From NCBI GenBank assembly GCA_025058055.1, contig JANXEU010000018.1, positions 1,281 through 65,280 of the forward strand: a DNA stretch of 64,000 nucleotides, read 5' to 3'. The position numbers and the translations under genes were made by a program. This document shows, piece by piece, positions 18,034-28,350 of the stretch. Origin of the DNA: Candidatus Calditenuaceae archaeon (GTDB lineage: Archaea > Thermoproteota > Nitrososphaeria_A > Caldarchaeales > Calditenuaceae). The notes beneath the pieces are model-generated. The model was given only the letters and a program-made list of their open reading frames with translations, ran no database searches and was not told the origin of the DNA. The stretch's first letter is position 1; each line of letters starts with the position of its first letter.

Positions 18034-19200
18034 GTGACGCTTATTGATGGAATCGACTCGGTGCGAGCATCTAAGATAGAGGACCTCTTTGAGTTGGCAT
18101 CGAGCATGAACGACGTCATCAACCTCAGCATAGGCGAGCCCGACGCCGACGTTCCCGATGTCCTCAAGGACGCGGCAGCCAGACACATAAAGAACGGAAA
18201 GAACAAGTACGGACCTTTGAGGGGCATCCCTCAACTGAGGGAGAAGATAGCAGCGAAGTACGCCGAGAGGGGGCTCGATGTGAAGGTTGAGAACGTGTCT
18301 ATAACGATGGGAGCTCAGAACGCGATCTTCGCAGGTTTCGCTTCTGTACTCAGAAGCGGAGACGAGGTGATCGTCTTCTCACCTGCCTTCCCTACTTACG
18401 CCGCTGTGGCCACGCTCATCGGCGCGAGGGTTCGATTCGTCAATACCACCCTGAACAACGGTTACGTCCCGGATCCTGACAGGTTGAGGTCGGTCATCAA
18501 CAGCTCGACACGAGCGATCGTAATCAATTCGCCCTCTAACCCGACTGGTGCGGTCTACGATCGCCGGCTGATGAGAGAACTGATCGATGTGGCATCGGAG
18601 GCAGGCGCTTACGTCCTCTCAGATGAGGTATACGAGGAGTTCGTATACGAGGGGAGTTTCGTTAGCGCAGCCGAGTTCGCAGACTCATATGACCGCGTGC
18701 TCGTCGTCAACAGCTTCTCCAAGACCCTCTGCATTACGGGGTGGAGACTGGGATATCTCCTCGCACCTCAAGAGCTCTCCGAGAGGATCGGCAAAGTCTT
18801 GTTGTACGGGCACACCTGTCCACCTACCTTCGCGCAGTACGCGATCCTCGACGTGATCGACTCCGATGAAATCAAGGAGTTCGTTAAGAGGAGCAGAGAG
18901 GAGTACCTTAGGAGGAGGGACGTCGCGGTTCTGGCACTCAACTATCACGGCATTGAGGTCTGTCCTCCCAAAGGGGCTCTCTACGTCTTCCCTAGACTAC
19001 CCGCCGGACTCGATGACGACGAGTTCTGCCTCTCACTGCTCAATAGAGAGAGGGTCGTTGCGGTCCCGGGAAACACGTTCGGCCCTGGAGGAGAGGGTCA
19101 TTTCAGGATAAGCATCACTAGTCCTGCTCAGATCATCGAGGAGGGCGTCAGAAGGATCGGGAGGTTCGTTAGGGAGTACGTGTCCTCAAGAGGGGTCTGA
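18034..19200 (+). CDS. Class I/II pyridoxal-phosphate aminotransferase (aspartate aminotransferase-like)
   Basis: NPSNPTG and SFSKTLCITGWRLGY (PLP-Lys) motifs. Confidence 0.9.
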   Translation: MTLIDGIDSVRASKIEDLFELASSMNDVINLSIGEPDADVPDVLKDAAARHIKNGKNKYGPLRGIPQLREKIAAKYAERGLDVKVENVSITMGAQNAIFAGFASVLRSGDEVIVFSPAFPTYAAVATLIGARVRFVNTTLNNGYVPDPDRLRSVINSSTRAIVINSPSNPTGAVYDRRLMRELIDVASEAGAYVLSDEVYEEFVYEGSFVSAAEFADSYDRVLVVNSFSKTLCITGWRLGYLLAPQELSERIGKVLLYGHTCPPTFAQYAILDVIDSDEIKEFVKRSREEYLRRRDVAVLALNYHGIEVCPPKGALYVFPRLPAGLDDDEFCLSLLNRERVVAVPGNTFGPGGEGHFRISITSPAQIIEEGVRRIGRFVREYVSSRGV

Positions 19201-20208
19201 ACGCCTCAACTTTCTCAACTCCTCCTCAATCCTGCTTACGTCTTGTGACAGTGCTCTGTACATGATCTTACCAGCACGATGGCGCTCAGCAAGTCCCACT
19301 TCGACGAGAAATTCTGCGTGAGACAGCGCCTCAAGTATTGCCAGCCAATGGTCTACCGGACCTAGCTCGTCGAACTTACCTCTAGACCAAGTCAGCCCTC
19401 TGGCAATCCCTACAGCATCGACCCATCCGTTCATCGACTCCAGCGCCTCGCGCAACCTGAACTCGTGATGTTTGAAGACGTAATCCACTCGAGACCTCAC
19501 GTCGCTGAAATGTTCGCCGTGGGCAGGCAATACGAGCGTCGGCTTCAACGACTCGACCTTCAAGAGGGACTTCAAGTACGATCTGAAAGGAGCGTAACCA
19601 GGTATCGGATAAAAGGGGACGTTTGACGTCTCTCTCGGCAATAAGTGATCGCCTGAGATGAGGACTCTGTTGAACTCGTTGTACAGGCAGATGTGTCCAG
19701 GTGTGTGACCAGGTGTGTGCACAACCTTCCATCTACCGGTTCGTCCCTCGATCACTTCGCCGTCCTCGAAAGTTCTAGGTGAGTCGGGGAAAAGCTGTAA
19801 ACTCCTGGCGAAAAAGGATCGCACCGTATCATAGATCTCGCCCTCTATTCCAACGGCTCGTAAATACGTGGAGTGACCGTTTAGCGCTCTTCTCGTTAAC
19901 TCGATCAACTTCATCTCGTTTGAGTGCAAGCTAACCGTAGATCCGAAAGCCTGCACAACCTGCTTAACCCCTCCTGTGTGATCGTAGTGGACGTGTGTCA
20001 GTATCACCTCGCTTACGCCATGATTCTCAGTTACATCGTTCAATGCCCTGACAAGGTCCTCGGAGGTCGCAGGAAAACCCGTGTCGATAAGCGTCCACCC
20101 CTCGACGGTCTTCAAGAGATAGGCGTTGACGTGGTCCACATACTCAGAGCTTGATTTCATCCCCAGTCGCCACAGATCGGGAAGGACCTCGACTCGTTCT
20201 ACGTTCAA
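19186..20208 (-). CDS. MBL-fold metallo-hydrolase
   Basis: HVHYDHTGG (HxHxDH) motif, HTPGHTPGH, 340 aa. Its 3' end overlaps the aminotransferase 3' end by 15 nt (convergent). Confidence 0.85.
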   Translation of the reverse strand: MNVERVEVLPDLWRLGMKSSSEYVDHVNAYLLKTVEGWTLIDTGFPATSEDLVRALNDVTENHGVSEVILTHVHYDHTGGVKQVVQAFGSTVSLHSNEMKLIELTRRALNGHSTYLRAVGIEGEIYDTVRSFFARSLQLFPDSPRTFEDGEVIEGRTGRWKVVHTPGHTPGHICLYNEFNRVLISGDHLLPRETSNVPFYPIPGYAPFRSYLKSLLKVESLKPTLVLPAHGEHFSDVRSRVDYVFKHHEFRLREALESMNGWVDAVGIARGLTWSRGKFDELGPVDHWLAILEALSHAEFLVEVGLAERHRAGKIMYRALSQDVSRIEEELRKLRRSDPS

Positions 20209-20242
20209 CCGCCAGTTTTCTCAGCATCTCGCTAAAAAACAA

Positions 20243-21985
20243 TTAGACATCGTTCAACAGGCCCTCACCGGGCCCGGCCCTAAGAACTCCCACGTTCCTC
20301 TCCCTGCTCCTGATCATCGAACCTATCATTCTAGCCGCGTCTTCTACCTTCACACCCCTCATGACCTTTCCTCTGTGGTCCCTTACCGAGACCGTTCCTT
20401 CCACGGACTCGCGCTTACCGACGATTGCCACGAACGACGCCCTGAGCCTGTGAGCCTCCCGTATCCTCTTCTCGAGGGTACCCTCGTGCCAGACCTCCGT
20501 CCTGATGCCGTCTCCGGCGAAGACCTGAGAGACTTTAGAGGCATAGTCCGCGTCTCCGGCAGTTACAGGTAGCACCACGACTTGAATCGGCGATAACCAT
20601 ACCGGCAACCTTCCGTTGTAATGTTCGATGAGAATGCCGATGAATCTCTCTAGGCTTCCGAGTATAGCCCTGTGAATCATGACGGGCCTCTTCTTCGCGT
20701 TGTCCTGATCGACATACTCTAGCCCAAGCCTCTCAGGCATGAAGAAGTCCAGCTGTACAGTCGTGCACTGCCATCGCCTACCGAGCGAGTCCTCTACGTC
20801 GACATCGATCTTCGGTCCGTAAAACGCCCCCTCACCCTCCTTAACCTGATAGCTTACACTTAGGGAGTCCAACGCTGCCTTGAGATCCGACTCGGCTAAC
20901 TCCCAGATCTCCGGTGTGCCTATGAACTTATCAGGTCTAGTCGATAGGTTAACTTGGAGCCGCGCGCCCAACGTCTGCTCGAGGACCTCAAAGGACACTT
21001 CGAGTATCTCTCTTACGACCGACTCGACTTGGTCAGGCCTAGCGAACACGTGTCCATCGTCTTGTGTGATGCTTCTGACCCTAAGAAGCCCGGTTAGCTC
21101 TCCAGCTTGCTCGTTCCTATAGACGGTTCCGAACTCCGAGAGCTTGACTGGGAGCTCCCTGTAACTCCTCGACTTGCTGGCGTATATCATCGCGTGCCCA
21201 GGACAGTTCATGGGTTTGAGGACGTACTCGTCGTCGCCGAGCTTGAAGTGAAACATCCTGTCCCTGAAGGTCTCGTAGTGACCGGTCTTGTACCAGAGAG
21301 TCGACCTGAAAAGGTGAGGAGTCCAAACCTCCTGAAAGCCGAGACGAAGGTTGACCTCCCTGATTAGCCTAATGAGCTCCTCTCTGATCACCGCACCTCT
21401 TGGATGAAAGAGGATGAGCCCCGGCCCTACGTGCTCGTTGACGCTGAAGACGTCCAGCTCTCTTCCAAGCGAGATGTGCACCGGTTCAGCTTGTCTGACC
21501 TCCTCAAGCAGCGCAACCTGCCTCGATGTCTCTGGCTTCCGCACCGTCGTCGTTTCTGTTCTCGCTGTGACAGAGTTCCTCGTGACGACCCTGAACTGCT
21601 CAGCGAGGGGGTGCCCCTTCACCGCCACCGAGAACCGCTTAGTCCAACCGAACGGCGCTCTAGATACTCCGATTCCGAGCTCCTCGGCGTACTCTGCCAT
21701 CACTCTTATCAGCTCCAGCGCCCTCCTAGGTTGTGCCAGATCTGAGCTGAGGTGCGCATAGGGGTAAACGAGCAGCTTCCTGACCCCCAAACGCTCCATC
21801 GACTCCTTCACCTGCCTCACCATCTCCTTAGCAACTTCTTCGCTGTCATCGCGCTCAACTGTGGTGAACAGTACTAGCAGGTTCTCGTGGCGCTTGACCT
21901 CCCTCTTCGCCTCCTCGTGGACCGGTCCCTCTACCGCCACTGGTTCATACTCTATCGAGTCGACATGGAGCTGCAGCGCCCTCAT
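20243..21985 (-). CDS. thrS: Threonyl-tRNA synthetase with archaeal N-terminal (DTD-like) editing domain
   Basis: The N-terminal 140 aa (LLVLFTTVE..YPYAHLSS..APFGW) is the archaeal editing-domain type. Class II core with YRNEQAGE..GLLRVR. Start moved to MRALQL (cat at 21983-21985). Confidence 0.9.
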   Translation of the reverse strand: MRALQLHVDSIEYEPVAVEGPVHEEAKREVKRHENLLVLFTTVERDDSEEVAKEMVRQVKESMERLGVRKLLVYPYAHLSSDLAQPRRALELIRVMAEYAEELGIGVSRAPFGWTKRFSVAVKGHPLAEQFRVVTRNSVTARTETTTVRKPETSRQVALLEEVRQAEPVHISLGRELDVFSVNEHVGPGLILFHPRGAVIREELIRLIREVNLRLGFQEVWTPHLFRSTLWYKTGHYETFRDRMFHFKLGDDEYVLKPMNCPGHAMIYASKSRSYRELPVKLSEFGTVYRNEQAGELTGLLRVRSITQDDGHVFARPDQVESVVREILEVSFEVLEQTLGARLQVNLSTRPDKFIGTPEIWELAESDLKAALDSLSVSYQVKEGEGAFYGPKIDVDVEDSLGRRWQCTTVQLDFFMPERLGLEYVDQDNAKKRPVMIHRAILGSLERFIGILIEHYNGRLPVWLSPIQVVVLPVTAGDADYASKVSQVFAGDGIRTEVWHEGTLEKRIREAHRLRASFVAIVGKRESVEGTVSVRDHRGKVMRGVKVEDAARMIGSMIRSRERNVGVLRAGPGEGLLNDV

Positions 21986-22091
21986 CCCTATCCGAGATCC
22001 ACGCGTCCTCCCTTTACTTAAATGGGAGGGCACAGGGTGAGTCTAAAGCAGGCCGCTCAAGATTTTTCACCGAGGTCACGGGACTGTCGTC

Positions 22092-22388
22092 ATGCGAGAG
22101 GTCCAAGACATCCGAATCGATAACGTCGAGACCGAGGGGAAGGTGAGCCTCTTCAGGGGGAAGGCCAACGTCTCGGGCTTCGAGGTGACTTTCAATGGCA
22201 TAGCCGTCTACACTATAGGGGGACCGACTGTCGGTATCGAGCTGGACGAGGACTCTAAGGTCAGATTAACTCAGTCGGGGCTGAGTGAGGCGGAGCTCGA
22301 CGACCTTCTCGGTGAACTCCAGAGGCTCATCGTCGAAGGTGATCTGATACTCTCAGGCGAGAAGAGGGTAAGAGGTCAACCTCTTTGA
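22092..22388 (+). CDS. Hypothetical protein
   Basis: 98-aa ORF overlapping the next gene by 4 nt. No motif recognised. Confidence 0.45.
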   Translation: MREVQDIRIDNVETEGKVSLFRGKANVSGFEVTFNGIAVYTIGGPTVGIELDEDSKVRLTQSGLSEAELDDLLGELQRLIVEGDLILSGEKRVRGQPL

Positions 22389-22792
22389 GCGATAACCTGC
22401 CTTCCAGCCCCATCGAGGTCTTGATCGCTGCCTACGAGGCCATCAAGCAGGGCGACGTCGATTCCATGAACGAGCTTTACGCAGAGGGTTACACGTTAAT
22501 CAGCGAGCTGAACCCCAACGAGTTCCTTGAACCCGAGAGGGCCATCGTGACGAGGAGATCCTTGCAAGGCCAGATCACAGACCTCAACTTCTCTTTGGAG
22601 GAGCTGTCATCTAGGACTATCGGTGAAGGAGCCGCCATCGTCGTCTACAGGCTGCGCTACAGCGGAATGTTGGTATACCAGTACAGATTCGAGGGCAGAT
22701 TCATCCAGATAGAGGCCCTGTGCACGGCCGTGTTGGTAAAGGAGCGGGGGAAGTGGAGAATCCTCCACGAACATTTTACTCCACTCAGCTAG
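22385..22792 (+). CDS. NTF2-like / SnoaL (DUF4440-like) fold protein
   Basis: 135 aa with a C-terminal ..KERGKWRILHEHFTPL pattern typical of the NTF2-like superfamily. Confidence 0.5.
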   Translation: MSDNLPSSPIEVLIAAYEAIKQGDVDSMNELYAEGYTLISELNPNEFLEPERAIVTRRSLQGQITDLNFSLEELSSRTIGEGAAIVVYRLRYSGMLVYQYRFEGRFIQIEALCTAVLVKERGKWRILHEHFTPLS

Positions 22793-22802
22793 GAGATGCA
22801 CG

Positions 22803-23189
22803 TCATCTCGCTGTCAGCCACTTGATCAATCTCTCAGGGTCGTCGGTCTCAACGAATACATCGATACATCCGATTTCAGGAAACTCGTCCTCCTCGAGTA
22901 GCGACACAGTTCCCACGTAGGCCGCGTGCTTGCTCAACGCGAGCTTGATGTAGTTGCTTCCTGCTCTGGACCACATGATCCGCTCAGCAGCGGCCCTCAC
23001 CTTCCTTCTCCGGAGGTTCTCCTTCATGTACCCCAACACAGAGAGTTGGTCGCTCTCACCGAAGACTTCGATCACACCTTCTCTCTCCCTCAGATCGACC
23101 TTCAGCTCTGGGAAGATCTTCGAGACAGCGGCCAAGACCTTCCGGTGGTCCTCGGTGGGCTTCACCTCAGCCACTACCCTGATCCTCAA
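22803..23189 (-). CDS. UPF0201-family putative RNA-binding protein (COG1931-like)
   Basis: The N-terminus MRIRVVAEVKPTEDHRKVLAAVSKIFPE matches the AEV.PTED signature recalled for UPF0201. Confidence 0.55.
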   Translation of the reverse strand: MRIRVVAEVKPTEDHRKVLAAVSKIFPELKVDLREREGVIEVFGESDQLSVLGYMKENLRRRKVRAAAERIMWSRAGSNYIKLALSKHAAYVGTVSLLEEDEFPEIGCIDVFVETDDPERLIKWLTAR

Positions 23190-23515
23190 TCGCCCTCCAC
23201 AGGAAGCCCTCGACTAAAAGTAAATTCTGCCACATCGATCAGGATGCGACATGGCTAGGTTCTTTCTGATGGTCCGAGGCCGAAGCGTGGGGCGACGGTT
23301 CACAGCGATAGCGTCGAGGAGCTGAAGACCCTTGCGCGTAACGCCAAGGCGCTCGTCGAGAGAGGCAGCTACAGTTACGCCTCAGTGTAAATTAACTGCC
23401 GAGGGAAATCCTCGAGAAGGGCAGGCGATGACCTCTTTGACCAGGGCCGACTCATGAGGCGCACGGGACAGGACGAGCCTGCCTACCCTTTATACGATCC
23501 CTCGTCGATTCATGG

Positions 23516-23893
23516 GTGATGTCGGAGGAGGACATAGAGCTGAAGCTTCTGAGACTGCGTAAACTGAGGAAGTTGATGGCCTTGAGAACGTCTCAACCCG
23601 AGCTCGGGAAGGACGAGAGGAGGTCGCCTATCGAGGAGCTCAAGGCTTACCTGGACGAGAGAGGCGCGGAGATCTTAAACGAGGCGCACCAGCTCAACTC
23701 CTCACTGACAGAAAGGGTCGCAGTCGCTCTGACAGGGGCCGTTCGTGAAGGCAGGCTGCAGCCACTTATAGATGCAGGGGATCTGCTGAGACTGTTCAGA
23801 TCGCTCGGCTTGCACGTGAAACCATCTACTACCGTCAAGGTCCTCAAGGACGGTGAGGTCAAGGACCTGAGGCAGTACTTGAGTGAAGAGTGA
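23516..23893 (+). CDS. Hypothetical helical protein
   Basis: 125-aa charged/helical ORF. Weak resemblance only to PDCD5-type helical bundles. Confidence 0.4.
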   Translation: MMSEEDIELKLLRLRKLRKLMALRTSQPELGKDERRSPIEELKAYLDERGAEILNEAHQLNSSLTERVAVALTGAVREGRLQPLIDAGDLLRLFRSLGLHVKPSTTVKVLKDGEVKDLRQYLSEE

Positions 23894-23935
23894 TCGACCG
23901 CCGCCTCTCGAAAATTCCATATTTCGCCGCACCAG

Positions 23936-25336
23936 ATGAGAAACGGATTGTCGGGTTACAACAAGCCATCAAGTTCTGACCTGGACGGGCTGAGGCGAGT
24001 GCTGGGTCCACAGGACGTCTCGACCGATCGGTATGACCTCTTAACCAACGCGTTCGATGCGTATCCCGGAGAGCTACACCTCCCTGACGTGGTAGTGTGG
24101 CCCGAGACTGCCGAGGAGGTATCTCTGGTGCTCAGGCTAGCCAACGAGAAGCGTATTCCCGTGTACGTGAGGGGTGCGGGCACAGGACTGGCAGGGGCCT
24201 GCGTACCGGTCTACGGCGGAATCGTCATCAACACCATGAAGATGAACCGCATCCTAGATGTTAGGCCTCTTGACCTTCAGGTCGACGTTCAGCCGGGCGT
24301 CATATACGATCAGCTGAACGCTCATCTCGCACCATACGGGCTGTTCTTTCCACCTGACCCCGGAAGCAGCAAGTCCTGTACGATCGGCGGCATGATCGCC
24401 AACAACGCCTCTGGTCTGCGAGCGGTGCGTTACGGTGTCACGAGGGACTACGTTCTATCGATGGAGTTAGTTCTGCCTTCCGGCGAGTTACTACGAGTCG
24501 GTGCCAACGTCTTCAAGTCTTCCGTGGGGTACGACGTGGTCAGACTCATCGTAGGATCCGAGGGGACGTTGGGCGTGATCACGAATGCGACGCTCAGGTT
24601 GAGGAAGCTGCCCAGGCACAGGTCGACCGTGGCTGCTTACTTCGACTCCATTGAAGGTGGAGTGTCAGTGATCAACGCGATCAGGCAGGAGGGCCTGGAT
24701 CCAGCGGCCATCGAGTTCCTCGACAGGATTCACATAGAGCTGATCTCAAAGCACTCGAACGTTCTACTTCCGACTCACGAATGCATGCTCATTCTCGAGT
24801 TTCATGGGTACTCCGCAAATGGTGTCGCGGATGAGGTCAAGACAGCGGCCGAGATACTCAAGGAGAGTGGTTCGGTGCAAATCGAGCTCCCTAAGAGCTC
24901 TCAAGAGGAGCAGAGGATCTGGGATGCCCGGAAAGCGATGTACCCCTCTGTGACGAGGGCCACCAAAGCGCCGATAACCGGAGACATCATAGTACCTCTA
25001 TCCAAGCTTTACGACACCGTGCAGAAAGCCTATGACCTCGGAAAGAGGTACGGAGTGGTAGTCGGCGTCGCTGGTCATCTCGGCGACGGCAACGTCCACA
25101 CCAACTGGTTCACAGAAGGTCGTGACACGGATTCTTGGTTGAGGGCGATGAAAGCGAATTCGGAACTCGTCGATTACGCCATCTCTGTGGGCGGGGCCGC
25201 GTCTGCGGAGCACGGCATTGGAATCGAGAAGAAAGACTTCATGCGAACGCAGCACGGCGAAGGCTTAGAGCTGATGCGACGAATCAAAGCGCTGTTCGAC
25301 CCTGAAGGCATCCTCAATCCGGGAGTAATGATCTGA
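23936..25336 (+). CDS. FAD-linked oxidase (GlcD / D-lactate dehydrogenase family)
   Basis: PCMH-type FAD-binding N-terminal domain (VRGAGTGLAG), C-terminal GG..SAEHGIG and DP.GILNPG motifs. Confidence 0.85.
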   Translation: MRNGLSGYNKPSSSDLDGLRRVLGPQDVSTDRYDLLTNAFDAYPGELHLPDVVVWPETAEEVSLVLRLANEKRIPVYVRGAGTGLAGACVPVYGGIVINTMKMNRILDVRPLDLQVDVQPGVIYDQLNAHLAPYGLFFPPDPGSSKSCTIGGMIANNASGLRAVRYGVTRDYVLSMELVLPSGELLRVGANVFKSSVGYDVVRLIVGSEGTLGVITNATLRLRKLPRHRSTVAAYFDSIEGGVSVINAIRQEGLDPAAIEFLDRIHIELISKHSNVLLPTHECMLILEFHGYSANGVADEVKTAAEILKESGSVQIELPKSSQEEQRIWDARKAMYPSVTRATKAPITGDIIVPLSKLYDTVQKAYDLGKRYGVVVGVAGHLGDGNVHTNWFTEGRDTDSWLRAMKANSELVDYAISVGGAASAEHGIGIEKKDFMRTQHGEGLELMRRIKALFDPEGILNPGVMI

Positions 25337-25429
25337 GACCTCAGTTGGTGATCTCACAGTCACTTCTCTCAACTCGTGATCAGGTCCTGAGACGCCAATG
25401 ACATAACGTGAAAACTGCTGAAATATTCG

Positions 25430-26422
25430 TTACTGTGCCAATAACGCGTCTTGAAGTCGGTTATCATATGTAAATGATGCGTTGTGATAAAATCTGTACG
25501 TCTTCCCGGTGGTTAGGTCGTAAATGTACAGGCTGTTATGGAAATCGGTGTAAAGCAGACCTCTAGCCAAGATAGTGGTGACTCCTCCTATTTTGAGGGT
25601 TACTTGTTTAACTAACCTTAGCCCTACGATTGAGGAATCGATCGTCTTTATTCTAGTAGGAACCTGATTCACTACGAAGTAAATGCTTGATGGAATTCGA
25701 TTGCCTGACGCGAGATAGAGGTCGCCCCTCTCATTGAAGTCGAAGTCTCCCGCCCAAAAACCATCTACGTCACGCAATTTGACCACATAGAAGAGTTCCG
25801 CGCTCTCACCGCGCAGCCTGAAGATTTTTCCATCCGCACCAGCACCAGACGCCTCACTGAAATATAGCATCCCGTCACGTCCGAACCTGACGCATCTGAC
25901 GTAAGTGTCGTGGCGGTAAACAGTCTTCTCACCCGACTCTGATGTGAATAGTCGGATCTCCACGTTGTTAGCGTCGGTGTAGTAGAGTTTTCGGGGGTCA
26001 TTGGGATCGAAGTCGAAACAACTTATCCGACGTTGTAGTACAGATTCGAGTCTTCCTCTGGAGTGATCGTATATGTATAGTTGTCCATAAGATGCGATGT
26101 AAAACCTTGCGGGGTTCACGATTTCGGCGTCCACGATCTCGGCCTCTGAGTCAGGAGTGGTTGTCGCGACGGTGGTGGTGATCGTCTGTGCCGGTGTTGT
26201 GGTCAAAGGGACGGTTGGTGTCGTATGAGTTTGCTGAGGCGTGGTAACATGCGTTGTTCGCGTTGGACTCACCGTCGTCACGAGACCCAGTAGTTGCCCC
26301 GCGGGGGTGTAATTCAGCGCGATAATCGCTCCCACGATCAGAACGACGATTAAGACCACTAGAGTCGCCCTACCCATTGACAGCCCGCCTCGCCTCATAC
26401 CTATATAATTATTTCTCGACAT
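25430..26422 (-). CDS. Membrane-anchored extracellular protein: N-terminal TM, Thr/Pro-rich linker, beta-propeller-like repeats
   Basis: TM helix, then TTVSPTRTTHVTTPQQTHTTPTVPLTTTPAQTITTTVATTTP, then repeated LY(F/Y/I)..D-type blades. Lower GC by eye. Confidence 0.6.
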   Translation of the reverse strand: MSRNNYIGMRRGGLSMGRATLVVLIVVLIVGAIIALNYTPAGQLLGLVTTVSPTRTTHVTTPQQTHTTPTVPLTTTPAQTITTTVATTTPDSEAEIVDAEIVNPARFYIASYGQLYIYDHSRGRLESVLQRRISCFDFDPNDPRKLYYTDANNVEIRLFTSESGEKTVYRHDTYVRCVRFGRDGMLYFSEASGAGADGKIFRLRGESAELFYVVKLRDVDGFWAGDFDFNERGDLYLASGNRIPSSIYFVVNQVPTRIKTIDSSIVGLRLVKQVTLKIGGVTTILARGLLYTDFHNSLYIYDLTTGKTYRFYHNASFTYDNRLQDALLAQ

Positions 26423-26523
26423 AGAGAGTCTGAAATTCCACGGAATTCAGCCTAGGACGGCTCTATCCGGGGTATTGATGTAGACATATCATTAAATCCC
26501 CCGCTCAAGAACAACGATTAGTC

Positions 26524-27396
26524 ATGAGAACGATCCGATTTGAGAGGTTAATTGTCGCATCTCTTACGTTCGCAGCGCTTCTGCTGATGGTGCAAATAGC
26601 AGCGGGTCAGGGCGATGCCTCGTATTACGTTTACGAGTACCGCGTCGAGCATGCAAGCCGTTCGAGCGTCTCAGGCAGGTTGAGCGTATCCGCAACGGAG
26701 ATTGGCGATGGGACGATCAGGCTGAGAGCAGAATTGACTTTCAACGACGGTATCGCAACGATCGAGAAGGACGTTCCAGAGTCTGCGTTCGTGTTGCCGG
26801 TACTGCCGAGGGCGATATCTCCGGGATCGTTCAGCTACTCACGGGAGAACTATTCGGTATCCGTGTCGGTTCAAGAAGTTGGCAGGGCTCAGAGGGAGGT
26901 CGGAGGAAGGACCTACCAGACTGTCTCATACTCGATTTACGCGGTCTTCAGAACGACCGATGACAGGCAATTAGTGGTGAGTTCATCGACAGAGGTAATC
27001 GACCCCTCGAGAGTGATCTACTCCCTTTCGTCCTCTATATCCACGTCCTCGAGCGAGGTCAAGTCTTTGATCCTTAGGCTTGCAGACTCGAACGTCGATC
27101 TGGCCTCAATCAGAGCCCCAGAGAACGCCATGTCGGTTGAGCATCTCCTCTTGGTCCCGTACGCGCAAGAGTACATTGTAGCGGGAGGGGTTATCACGGA
27201 ACCTCGCCTCAGCAACGAAAAGCCAGCCGGCGTCGTGGCGAATCCTAGTCAGAACACTAACGAACAGAGCTTAAAGCTGGCTATAATTGGTGCAGCTGGT
27301 CTCGCAGTCACTGCGGCAGCTGCAGTGCTCACCATCAAAGGCGTTAGGAAAGCCCAAGGGACCCAAGGCCCCACGACGAAACCTCACTATGTCTGA
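26524..27396 (+). CDS. Secreted protein with signal peptide and C-terminal TM anchor
   Basis: N-terminal hydrophobic signal, C-terminal AIIGAAGLAVTAAAAVLTIKGVRK, directly upstream of an ABC-2 module. Confidence 0.55.
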   Translation: MRTIRFERLIVASLTFAALLLMVQIAAGQGDASYYVYEYRVEHASRSSVSGRLSVSATEIGDGTIRLRAELTFNDGIATIEKDVPESAFVLPVLPRAISPGSFSYSRENYSVSVSVQEVGRAQREVGGRTYQTVSYSIYAVFRTTDDRQLVVSSSTEVIDPSRVIYSLSSSISTSSSEVKSLILRLADSNVDLASIRAPENAMSVEHLLLVPYAQEYIVAGGVITEPRLSNEKPAGVVANPSQNTNEQSLKLAIIGAAGLAVTAAAAVLTIKGVRKAQGTQGPTTKPHYV

Positions 27397-27408
27397 AGGT
27401 GTCGCTAA

Positions 27409-28350
27409 TTGGGTGATGTGGTCAAGATTGCGTCCCTTGTGAAGGCTTACTCTGACGGTGGCAGAGTGGGGCCGATAACGCTATCGGTCAAGAACTCAGA
27501 GGTATACGGCTTAGTGGGGCCTAACGGCTCCGGTAAGACGACTACCCTACGTGCGATGCTAGGGTTACTGACGCCCACCTCTGGATCTGTGGAGGTGTTC
27601 GGGGTGGATCCGTTCAGCGAGCCGAAGAAGGTGAACGCTCGCGTAGGTTACTCACCCGAGATACCAACGTTCCCGCCCTTCTTCACCGCACGTAAGTTGC
27701 TAGAGGTCACCTGTAAATTAAAGGGCATGAACGCTCAGGAGACCAAGAGAGAGGTAGAAAGGGTGCTCGATCTGACGGGGCTCGTAAATCACGCGGAGAG
27801 GAAGGTCGCGAGCTTCTCCAAGGGTATGGTTCAGAGGCTCTCTATAGGACAGGCGCTTGTTGGAGATCCTGAGCTTCTAGTCCTCGATGAGCCGATGCTC
27901 GGCGTCGATCCTGTCGGCAGAGTTCACATGAGAGAGGTTCTGATCGAACAGAGGAAGGAGGGGAAGACGATCGTTTTCTCTTCGCACGAGCTGTATGAGG
28001 TTGAGAGGATCTCTGACAGAGTCGGTATGGTTTACATGGGGAACACCGTGCTCGAGGGATCAGTATCGGATCTTCTGAGATCTCAAGACGGAAGGAGCGT
28101 AGTTGAGGTGGTAGTCAAGAGAAGACCTAACGACGAGGTTCGCGCTGCCATCCTCAGAATAAGTGGTGTCAAGTCTCTGAATGTCGGTGACAACTCAATT
28201 TGGGTCGAGCTAGACAACGCCCACGACCCTCGAGAAGAGATCGCCGAGGTGCTCGTGCGTTCGGGTTGTGGGTTGATAGAGATGAGGCTTGTCCCACCGA
28301 CGCTAGAGGACGTGTTTGTGAGAGTGGTGAAGCAAGGTGTCAACTCTTAG
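27409..28350 (+). CDS. ABC transporter ATP-binding protein (ABC-2 type)
   Basis: Walker A GPNGSGKTT, signature FSKGMVQR, Walker B LVLDEP. Confidence 0.9.
   Translation: MGDVVKIASLVKAYSDGGRVGPITLSVKNSEVYGLVGPNGSGKTTTLRAMLGLLTPTSGSVEVFGVDPFSEPKKVNARVGYSPEIPTFPPFFTARKLLEVTCKLKGMNAQETKREVERVLDLTGLVNHAERKVASFSKGMVQRLSIGQALVGDPELLVLDEPMLGVDPVGRVHMREVLIEQRKEGKTIVFSSHELYEVERISDRVGMVYMGNTVLEGSVSDLLRSQDGRSVVEVVVKRRPNDEVRAAILRISGVKSLNVGDNSIWVELDNAHDPREEIAEVLVRSGCGLIEMRLVPPTLEDVFVRVVKQGVNS

Noticed and set aside
18428-18438. tRNA T-arm-like GGGTTCGATTC
   Set aside because: It sits in frame inside the aminotransferase CDS. There is no acceptor, D or anticodon arm around it. No tRNA cloverleaf was found in any intergenic spacer.
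23266-23325. Possible C/D-box sRNA (CUGAUGG ... CUGA about 58 nt apart) in the 326-nt spacer
   Set aside because: The C box is imperfect, there are no internal D'/C' boxes at the expected spacing, and there is no terminal complementary stem.
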